64,000 bases of DNA from Lytechinus pictus (taxonomy: Eukaryota). The notes beneath the pieces are model-generated. The model was given only the letters and a program-made list of their open reading frames with translations, did no database searches and was not told the DNA's origin. Location: NCBI RefSeq assembly GCF_037042905.1, contig NC_087245.1, positions 10,542,001-10,606,000 on the forward strand, written 5' to 3'. The position numbers and the translations under genes are program-made. This document shows positions 54,487 through 64,000 of this stretch, piece after piece (positions within the stretch are counted from its first letter, which is position 1; each line of letters begins with the position of its first letter).

Positions 54487-54993
54487 TTAATGTTGGTCTG
54501 TTGGTCTTATCGTTTTGTTGTGCTTTTATGTGTCCTTTGTATTGCTACATGTACATACATGTATGTAAATGTACAGTATGCTAATGTTCAGATCCTCTGA
54601 AAAGAATCTACATTTTGTCAATGAATTTGTCCATAATTAACATTGATAATATTCATGCAGATATAGCAGTAATGATATCAGTAACAATTCTACTTGTTTT
54701 ATATTGGGATCAATACAATTTCATAGTCATAATCTTTCTCTTATCACTCTAGTTGAAAGTTGAAGTATAAGTGAAGAAGTAAAGTACATGCACATTGAAA
54801 GATACTGTATATGAATTAAATATGAAGAATTGCCATACACATGATGTACATGTATGCAGTCAAAGTTAGGGGGGGGGTGCAAAGTGGAGAAATTATTTTG
54901 ACCACCTTGTTTTGACAGAACATTTAATTCAGACTTGATGTAATATGTATATTATAAATCATAATTTGAATGACTGTCTCTCCTAATCAACAG

Positions 54994-55141
54994 TGCAAGT
55001 AGAACTACATATGGACCTCGTAGTGCTGCTGTTTCTATGACCATTCCCATGGCCAGTGGTACTGATTACTCCCATCCACCTCCCGACCAAAAGGCTGAAT
55101 GGAGACTGTCGCCTCATAGACATAAAAACTATGACAATCAG
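54994..55141 (+). CDS. Exon 4 of the uncharacterised 274-aa protein
   Basis: CTCTCCTAATCAACAG acceptor, CAG|GTACGT donor, 148 nt, phase 2-0, open (ASRTTYGPRSAAVSM...AEWRLSPHRHKNYDNQ). Confidence 0.8.
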
Positions 55142-55575
55142 GTACGTTTAAGTTTTAATAATCAAAACTGATATTCTTTGAGAGTTATACCCATTAGCCT
55201 TAAACACTGTAATCTGACAGAATATTTTTCCGTTACTCAGATTTATTGATTTTTTATTTTATTGTGAAGGTAGGTATCTTTGAGAATTTGATTAATTTAA
55301 ACAGTGAATATGACAAGCAAAGATAACAAAAGGATGGGAATGCCACAAAGTATCACATTATACATTTTTTTTTCATGGTTATAATCTTCAATCTAAAATT
55401 AATAGAAATGGAAATTGCATTTTCTAACTCATAAATCATCATATGAATTTTTTTAGAATGTATTTATTATTATTATGCATATTTTTCCATTTAACTATTT
55501 AATTATTTATATTTTTTGTCAATTTATTATCACTTTTTGTTATACTTGTGATGAGTTTTCAATGAACAATTTTTT

Positions 55576-57080
55576 GTCTCGCCTGCTAACAGAGCGAGAC
55601 TATAGGCGCCGCTTTTCCGACGGCGGCGGCGGCGGCGTCAACATCAAATCTTAACCTAAGGTTAAGTTTTTGAAATGACATCATAACTTAGAAAGTATAT
55701 GGACCTAGTTCATGAAACTTGGACATAAGGTTAATCAAGTATTACTAAACATCCTGCCTGAGTTTCAGGTCACATGACTAAGGTCAAAGGTCATTTAGGG
55801 TCAATGAACTCAGACCATGTTGGGAGAATTATTTTCAAAATCTTAACCGAAGGTTAAGTTTTTGAAATGACATCATAACTTAGAAAGTATATGGACCTAG
55901 TTCATGAAACTTGGGCATAAGATTAATCAAGTATTAGTGAACATCCTGCTTGAGTTTCAGGTCACATGACCAAGGTCAAAGGTCATTTAGGGTCAATGAA
56001 CTTTGGTCAAGTTGGGGGTATTTGTTGAATTACTATTATAACTTTGAAAAGTTATGGATCTAGTTCATGAAACTTGGACATAGGGTTAATCAAGTATTAG
56101 TGAACATCCTTCCTGAGTTTCAGGTCACATGACCAAGGTCAAAGGTCATTTAGTGTCAATGAACTTTGGCCAAGTTGGGGGTATTTGTTGAATTACCTTC
56201 ATAACTTTGAAAATTTATGGATCTAGTTCATGAAACTTTGACATTAGGTTAATCAAGTACCACTAAATATCCTGTGCGAGTTTCAGGTCACATGACCATG
56301 GTCAATGGTCATTTAAGGTTAATGAACTTTGGCCATGTTGGGGGTCTTTGTTAAATTACCATCCTAACTCTGAAGGTTTATGGATCTAGTTCATGAAACT
56401 TGGACATTAGGTTAATCAAGTACCACTGAATATCCTGTGCAAGTTTCAGGTCACATGATCATGGTCAATGGTCATTTAAGGTCAATGAACTTTGGTCGTG
56501 TTGGGGGTCTTTGTTAAATTACCATCCTAACTCTGAAGGTTTATGGATCTATTTCATAAAACTTGGGATATAAGAGTAATCAAGTATCACTGAACATCCC
56601 CTGTGAGTTTCAGGTCACAAAACCAAGGTCAAAGGTCAGTTAAGGTCAATGAACTTTGGCCGTGTTGGGGGTATTTGTTGAATTACCATCCTAACTCTGA
56701 AGTTTATGGATCTATTTCATAAAACTTGGGATATAAGAGTAATCAAGTATCACTGAACATCCCCTGTGAGTTTCAGGTCACAAAACCAAGGTCAAAGGTC
56801 AGTTAAGGTCAATGAAATTAGGCCATGTTGGGGTAATTGTTGAATTGCAATCATAACTTTGAAAGTTTATGGATAGAGTGAATGAAATGTGGACATGGGT
56901 GTAGTTGACAAGTCTTAAGTCACCGTTCAAATGTCATCTATGGTCAATGAACGTGGTATTATGTCATTATATGAATGGTGTTTTTGTGAATGATTATTTT
57001 ATAGTAGTTTTCAAAGTTAGCACTGCTGCTATATTAAATCGCGTAATGCAGGCGAGACTGCCAGAGGCGTTCCACTTGTT
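55576..57080 (+). mobile_element. Helentron-like element with ~163-bp x7 tandem array, copy 2
   Basis: T-run|GTCTCGCCTGC...AGCGAGAC hairpin, (CGG)n, seven CAGGTCACA units spaced 163-192 bp, ATGCAGGCGAGAC, CACTTGTT|T-run. Confidence 0.85.
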
Positions 57081-57157
57081 TTTTTTTTAGTTCTTGTTAT
57101 AAGAATTATTTAATTGAACATGCCTCTCAATGATTGTTCTGGTATCTCCATTAACAG

Positions 57158-57268
57158 GCTGTGACATCAAACTCTGGGCCTTACTCCCGTAAGTTTGTCA
57201 TACACTGTTCTGCACCCAAATCCTGGCTCCATATGAAGTTAAGACGCAGCAAGACCACTCTGACGTGA
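57158..57268 (+). CDS. Exon 5 (terminal) of the uncharacterised 274-aa protein
   Basis: CTCCATTAACAG acceptor, phase 0, AVTSNSGPYSRKFVIHCSAPKSWLHMKLRRSKTTLT then TGA. Total CDS 825 nt. Confidence 0.75.
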   Translation, partial: AVTSNSGPYSRKFVIHCSAPKSWLHMKLRRSKTTLT

Positions 57269-57940
57269 CAATCAGAAACACAGACAGTCGCACCAACACT
57301 ACAATGCAATCTTGTTATCAATCAGCGAATTTCATTCTTTTCAATGTGATTTATATGATTGGGATGTATTCCAAGAATTTCTCTCTTGTTGCCATTCACA
57401 GTCACTTATGTTTGATAATAACCTTCATGCATTAGGGAATTAGTCTGAATAGTGATAGTGATCTAATTTCTGAAATACATGTTATATTTCTTGAAACTAA
57501 GCCACCCCAGACTTATTTGAGGAAAAGCTTGCTGATATGCAAGGTTGTTTCTACATGTTTGATCTACAGTACGTGATTGGTTTATTGTGTTTCGAGGCAG
57601 GCAAAATACAAATAGCTTAAACTATATTTACAGAACTCAAGCTGTTGGAAGTGGTATTGCTTTAGCAGAGTTTAGGCTGATTGAACAATTCCATAAGCTT
57701 TGTATGCTGGGAAAACCCCCACAGAAGGTAGAAAATACTCTAATTTGATACACAGAAGTTTGTTCACAGAAGTACTTTAGCCAATAATCCTGTCAATGAG
57801 GTGCTTCACACAGTGTCAATACACTGACATACATGTATTATTACAATGATTACCCGTTTATCAGATTCAATTTATCTTGCAAGAGTACAATCTCCACTCC
57901 TTAGGGAGTATTCCATACCCAGGCATAGTGTGAGCAGAAA

Positions 57941-58303
57941 GCCCCGAATTCACAAAGGTGGTTTCGAAAACCATCGGTTGAACCCTTGCTTTATGTAGAT
58001 TTCTCGAATAGAATGAAAAAATGTCCAATGCAAATGCGCGCTTCTGTCACTGTGTGCCAAATTGATGCTTGTTGCCATGGTATGTACACAATTTTATTCA
58101 TGAGTCCACTGTTTTGAACAGTGGATAAAAATAGCATAAATAACCACATCAACAAATGTCAATTTGGTGCACTGTGACAAAGCGCTCATCAGTATTGGTC
58201 ATTTTCAAGATACGCTGCAAATTAAGCATAAATTATACAGGAAATCTGCATAAAAAGTAGGGTCAACCGATGGTTTTCAAAACCACCTTTGTGAATTTGG
58301 GCC
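57941..58303. mobile_element. Palindromic MITE
   Basis: AATTCACAAAGGTGGTTTCGAAAACCATCGGTTGA ... TCAACCGATGGTTTTCAAAACCACCTTTGTGAATT. Confidence 0.8.
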
Positions 58304-60566
58304 AATGACTGCTGGGTACCTCTTCTAATAACTAGGTTGGGAATATCAAATTGTTGATTGACTTGCTAAAAGACGATGCCATAATGTAATAAGAACACAC
58401 AAATAGATCAAATAAACATGTATTCTGTGGAATGTTTTTAGTACTTTTAAACCTAAATTCTGATTTAAGGGTGGTTGAAAGTATATTATTGTGTCTTTCA
58501 TATCTAGATCATTTGAGATCTATTTTATAGCTGGTTTTTGCCTTTTTATGTAATAGAAATGTGGTTATTGGTTTAATGAGACCTAGATATGTGTACATTG
58601 AATTGTTGCCATAAGAAAATAAACCTTTCATGAATGTGCATGAAATATAAAGTAAAAATGCCCACTATTGCCTAGAGTAAGCAGGGTATTCACTATTTTT
58701 ATATATTCCAAGAAGTATTTTTATAAACAATATTTACCTCATGAAATATGTGTAGTATGTCTTGAAAATAAAGGTTGAGATTTAATGATGAATATGTGAC
58801 CCTATAATTTAGTTTAAATGATATTAACTTTCCCAGGACACTCATAATATTTATTATTATCATACAGTATTTTAGAGTCCTTTGAAAATACTTTCAAACA
58901 GTACTTGTTATGTTCATTTTTTTTTATAGAGGAGCATGAATGTATTGCATGTTGCAGTCTGTAATATGAAAATAATCTCTCAAATCTTCTGACATGCAAT
59001 TCGTTTACCAGTTAATTGGACTATAAGGTGAAGTTTAATGAACATAAATGTTTGTGTACCTCAGCGGTGGTGCCGTAACATTATGATCTAAGTGATGACC
59101 CATTGTTAATTGCTTGTCCTTGCAATCTTTGGTGTGATAATTAGAACATTTTGATGCCACTAGTAGTGTATCCCAGAGTTCAAAGCGTTAACGAAACTAC
59201 AAGTCAAATGTTCTGTGCAACATTAGTATATACCTGTCCTCCATATGAAACTTAAAAATTAGTCTCTACAGGTATCCATATTTACCTCAATTATAATTAT
59301 TTAGGTTAACATGGTTACGTGAAGACTCATTTGTGAGTTTCATATGAAGGATGGGTATTATTCACACAAAGATCTCTTTGATAAATTACATATTGGAACA
59401 TGTATAGCTTTTTATTTAAATTTTATTGAGTGACTTATTTTTTTTCGTCCTTTAATATGTCTGGTATACTCCGATTTATTTTCATTCTTAAACATTGCCC
59501 TCTGTTAATTGAAATCTGCATGCTTCTCTATTTATTTTTATTGCCCATGTGTTCTGGCCCTGAAATTATCAGATCATTAAAAAATGTTTTGAAATATTTT
59601 GTCATGTGACAATTTTGAAATTATAATCAGACAATTGTATAATCATTTGAAGATAAATTATACTTGTTAAAAGTATTCTTGCCAAAACATGCCATAATTG
59701 TTTATCCTTCACTCTTAATTCTTATGCACAATACATTTTTGACACCTGCTAAATTATACTTTGGTAAATCATTCTTTGCTAAATCAATCTGCACAATCTG
59801 GAATATTACTCTGACACTTCATTTCACTACACTCTTGTCAATATTATTTGCAAATTAATTTCCTGTACATGTATATAAGTCCTATATTAAGGTCTTTGTA
59901 TAATTTGGAAGAATTCTTGTTGTTGATTTTTTAATTGTAACATAGAGCTTTTTATGCATTGCAATTTATTTTTTAATGAATAATCTGAATATTATTGACA
60001 ATCATAACCTCCAACCTTCTCATAACATTCTGAGTGGTGATTTTTGCACCCTTATTTAGATCATCTTCAAGTATTAAGTATAGGCTACAGAAATTTTTAA
60101 ATGTACATGTAGTTGAAAAAGTTGTACATCAAATGAAATGATATCCAATGGTACTTAAACATTGTCATGTTTATGCATTGGTTCCTGAGGATGATCTAGA
60201 ATTTTATTTAAAACATTTAAAAGTCAAGACCATACTCTGACCATACATGTGGTTGTATTCTTGTCACTGCACAATATTTAGTATTCAGTATTCTGTTGTA
60301 TGAGAAAATCATATTGATTTTTTTTACTGCCTGAACATAAACATTGGTACATGTATATCCTAACTTTTATTGCAATGACATAATCTTATCTTATTTTCCA
60401 TGTTCTATTCATTTTCATGGATTAATCGGCATTACAAAACACATTTGTAAGCTACATTTGACAATCATGGTTGTATCTCTGTTTGAAGGCTTGTTCAGAC
60501 ATGGCTCTACAGACTGCTGTATCAAAGCTCAACAACATTTTATTTCATGTCAGTTTATACTCTCAA

Positions 60567-61111
60567 AGGAAACCAAAATACAAGGAGAGAATCTTATCAG
60601 AAAGAATAAAATGAGAGGAGCAATCTAAAACTTGTTTCATCAAAATCAGTTATAGAATGAGAGAGTTATGGAAGTTTGAAAGGTCTTTTTGTACTTTCTT
60701 TTAGGATCCTCAAATTGACAAACATGCTTCATAGTGGCTGATTTTGTGGACAACTCACAATTTTTTTAACACAAATTTTCAGATTTCCCCTTTATTTTAC
60801 ATATTTCACATTATCTCCTAACCTTGACATATGTGGTGTGAATTATATCTTCCCATGACATTAGTTTATGCTCATCAGGAGGCAAGATGCAATTTCTAAG
60901 ATGATGGGGAAAATCTGAAAATTTGTTTACAAAACAAATGGAGAGTTATCCACAAAATTAGCCATTTTGAAGCATGTTTGCCAATTTGAGGATCCCCATA
61001 GAAAATACAAGAAAACTTTTCACATGTCCAATTTTGATGAAACTTGTTTTAAATTGTTCTTCTCATTTTACTCTTTCCAATAAAATTGATTCTCTTGGGT
61101 TTTGGTTTCCT
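60567..61111. mobile_element. Degenerate Kolobok-like palindromic MITE
   Basis: AGGAAACCAAAA ... TTTTGGTTTCCT; inner arms GGATCCTCAAATTGACAAACATGCTTCA / TGAAGCATGTTTGCCAATTTGAGGATCC. Confidence 0.7.
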
Positions 61112-62052
61112 TTTGAATGGTATGAAGTAGACCGAGGCAGAGAAAGCCATTGATCAATGAAACTCAGTGTTATATATATAACTCTCATAAATTTTGCATG
61201 GCATCTTCAGACAAATCTCTTGTCTTTCTTCTATAATCTGTGTTCATTATATTACGGTCAATCTCATTCTAAATACCAATTGTGTTGTTGAGCTTTGTTT
61301 CAGAGTTATATATACAGTCATGTATTATACATATATGTAAACTAGCTCTGAACAAGCCATTATAATCTTTTGTACTGGTTTACTAATTGTTTTGAAATAG
61401 GGTTAGAATGAGTGTATGAAGTGATTGCACATTGTACAAAGAAAAAAAGTTCATATAACATGTGATGTACATGTATATCATATTGTATAATACACTGAAA
61501 TTTTCAAATAAATTTTGTAATGAAATAAATACAAATTTTCAAGTTTTTTATATTTTGTTGTGTGATAGGATGGGAGATGAAAATTATGCATACAAAATCA
61601 GGAAAATCGTTGGATAGAGGGACACTATTAAAATCTTGTTTTTGACTTTCAGTCTGACTGGACTCTTTGTCAAACCCAACCCTCAGACCAGTCTTCTTCA
61701 GTTCTCCTCCTGTTCAACTTAAACTTTCTCTCCTCGAATGTAATTTTCAACCTCCCTACTTACACAATTAAACTCCCCAAAGTTTGAACTATAAACTCTT
61801 TCTCTGATTCCCTATATTATTCTCTCACCTTCTTTATTCTCTTCCTCAATGAACATGAAGTCTGTGTCGGTGCAAGAACGTGCTTAGCAGAACATTTTCA
61901 CGCACCCCATCGGTGCAGAAATGCCCTTACGCAATGCCTTCAATCCTGCCGCTATAACTAGGGCGTTTTTGCGTGCATGCGATGCGCAAAAGTGCGGTGT
62001 CATAAAGGGCGTTCTTGCACCAATGCTATGAAATGTACCTTGCTCCATTCTG

Positions 62053-62186
62053 GGGCCTGTTGCAGAGTTGAATTCAACTAAACATTGGATCGCAAGTCCT
62101 AAAGATGTGCTTCTGATTGGTTGAAAATCAAGATGTGATTGATGTTTGGGAGTTGTGTTTGATTGCATCTATTTCTGCAACAGGCC
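62053..62186. mobile_element. Short MITE flanked by CTGG
   Basis: GGCCTGTTGCAGA ... TCTGCAACAGGCC. Confidence 0.6.
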
Positions 62187-62517
62187 TGGACATGAGGTCA
62201 TTGCTGAAAAAGATACTGTTCAAATTTAGTGGGATTTCTTAAGTAAAAAGAAACATTGCACTTTGAAAAATGATAATTGTATAAAGTAATAATTTTTATT
62301 ATGCACAATATTACCACATGAATAATCTTTATACATTCCATACAATAAATACAAAATAGATCAGTCCTATATCAGACCAATATTCATGCCTTAATTCATA
62401 ATATACAGATCTATTACACAAGACTTATCCAAACTATTCAAACCTAATATGAAATAAAACAAATATCTCCTGCACATAAATTAATATTTTAATTCCTGCA
62501 CATAAATTAATATTTTT

Positions 62518-62556
62518 GCCTCCGACGAAGATTCTGCTAGGATCGAAAGCTTAGGC
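62518..62556 (+). ncRNA. Minimal type-I hammerhead ribozyme motif (Penelope-like element remnant)
   Basis: GCCT-CCGACGA-A-GATTC-TGCTA-GGATC-GAAA-GC-TT-AGGC: stem I GCCT/AGGC, core variant CCGACGA (consensus CUGANGA), stem II GAUUC/GGAUC, GAAA, and a palindromic AAGCTT stem III. Confidence 0.6.
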
Positions 62557-62819
62557 CCCTTTTTGACTTTATAATAAATTAATATTGACGATATCAATCT
62601 ACATCTTATGCTCCCTACAAGTACTTCTAAGTATGATTGACTTTTATATGATTGAACATATACTTCTTCATTTTTGAAAATATCATTAGCCCTACAAATT
62701 ATCAATACAAGAAATCAATAAAAACGGTGCAATTTACACCATGTAATGTATCTGTGCGCTTTTCTTTGATTTCAACATCGAGATTTCTTGAATGGACTGA
62801 GATCTAATACAAAATGTTA

Positions 62820-62995
62820 AACCGGATGCAGTAGTAGAGCACCCGCCGCTTGAACAGGTGGCGGGTTTGATGCAAGGCCGAGTGATACCAGACACAAAGG
62901 ACCTTCTGCCTTCTTATCAGGTGCACGATATGTATAGAATGGAGAAGTAATAATAATGTTATGTTATGCAGGGCCCGCTGGGAGAACATATTAAG
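62820..62995 (+). mobile_element. Degenerate tRNA-derived SINE 5' part
   Basis: A-box-like GGATGCAGTAGTAG and B-box-like GGTTTGATGC, followed by GGCCGAGTGATACCA; does not close a tRNA cloverleaf. Confidence 0.4.
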
Positions 62996-63729
62996 AGATT
63001 TAATTATACTTAGGTCGGTAGTAGGAAATACATAGGGCATTTGATCTTTTATTTTTCATTTTAACAAATATAATCTCAAACTATGGTATACATGCAAGTT
63101 CTGAATACAACATGATTAGACTGATTATGACTGTTTTATTTTTAAAGCCGTTAATTTATACAAATAAATGACAAATATCATACTTATGTTGCATTCTCTT
63201 CTTCAAACTTCTTATTCATTTTAATCTATTCTGTCCATCTATCAACAAGTTAAAAAAGGAGGATAAACTCGAGTTCTAATGACAGTTAATGCTTTGAACA
63301 TAGAATTGATTTTGAGGGTAAATAAATGCAAACATTTATTTGATAACTACAGGTACATGTTTATATGGCACTTAATACATTAGAACAATGTATCTAAATA
63401 TATTGGATATACCTTATTATCCCAAGAGGTGATTGTAAGTAATCAAATACAGACAAGCACTGTATCATACCTCTTAAAACTCAAACATATCATTCTCAAT
63501 ATGAATACACAGGAGAATGGTTGCATTTATCCATGTCAATAACATTCCTATTTTTCAACGTTTGTAAGTTCTGAAAACATTTACTTTGTGTATCTTGACA
63601 CTACAAATTCATTCATATTATCCTCATTACAATTAATGCACTTATCTGGTACTTAAATATTTTACCTTATTACCATATTTGATCACCACCTCCCATGATT
63701 TTCCACTTTGGGAGTGCTAAATCTGTACT

Positions 63730-63830
63730 TTAGAGCAATATCTGGTTCTTGAAGCTGGACGAGAGTTGTTTATCTGGTAGCAAAATTGCATTCAGCACCA
63801 CTACTTCTGGAGGAATGCTCACATTGGTAC
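63730..63830 (-). CDS. GMPPA: Last coding exon of mannose-1-phosphate guanyltransferase alpha (GDP-mannose pyrophosphorylase A)
   Basis: Acceptor TTTTTTTGTCTATGTCTAG; translates (G)TNVSIPPEVVVLNAILLPDKQLSSSFKNQILL-stop, matching the recalled GMPPA C-terminus [33 protein letters not shown]-stop. The rest of the gene is beyond the window. Confidence 0.88.
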
Positions 63831-64000
63831 CTAGACATAGACAAAAAAAGTTTATAAAGTATATTAGCTCTGGTATGCTGTATAAACAGAGAATTAATGA
63901 TATCATTCTGCATTTTTACATGGCAAATCATAAAACAGCAAAGGAGCTTATTCTTCTTTCTTTTCTGGAGAAAACAAATATTCTACAAGATTATTTGTAC

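Noticed and set aside
62820..62895. Possible tRNA gene
   Set aside because: A and B boxes are degenerate and no acceptor stem closes; better explained as a SINE head.

Overview
AT-rich eukaryotic (animal) genomic DNA. The repeat landscape suggests an echinoderm or similar marine invertebrate, which is an inference and not verified. Almost all ORFs in the supplied track are spurious. Three spliced genes were reconstructed by hand. (1) A minus-strand gene starts near 38.5 kb and runs off the left edge through very long introns; its short phase-1 5' exons weakly resemble the N-terminus of PFTAIRE/PCTAIRE kinases (CDK14/16/17). (2) A complete plus-strand 5-exon gene (44363-57268) encodes an unrecognised 274-aa Ser/Arg/Pro-rich protein, and its promoter has a CCAAT box, an E-box and an RFX X-box, suggesting a ciliary/flagellar gene. 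(3) The last exon of GMPPA lies on the minus strand at the right edge. The rest is densely filled with non-autonomous DNA transposons (TTAA Kolobok-like, Harbinger-like, hAT-like, Tc1/mariner-like, Sola2-like, and Helentron-like elements with internal tandem arrays), SINE/LINE fragments, a Penelope-type minimal hammerhead ribozyme and microsatellites. No transposase ORF, rRNA, tRNA gene or CRISPR array was seen. All coordinates and counts were read by eye.
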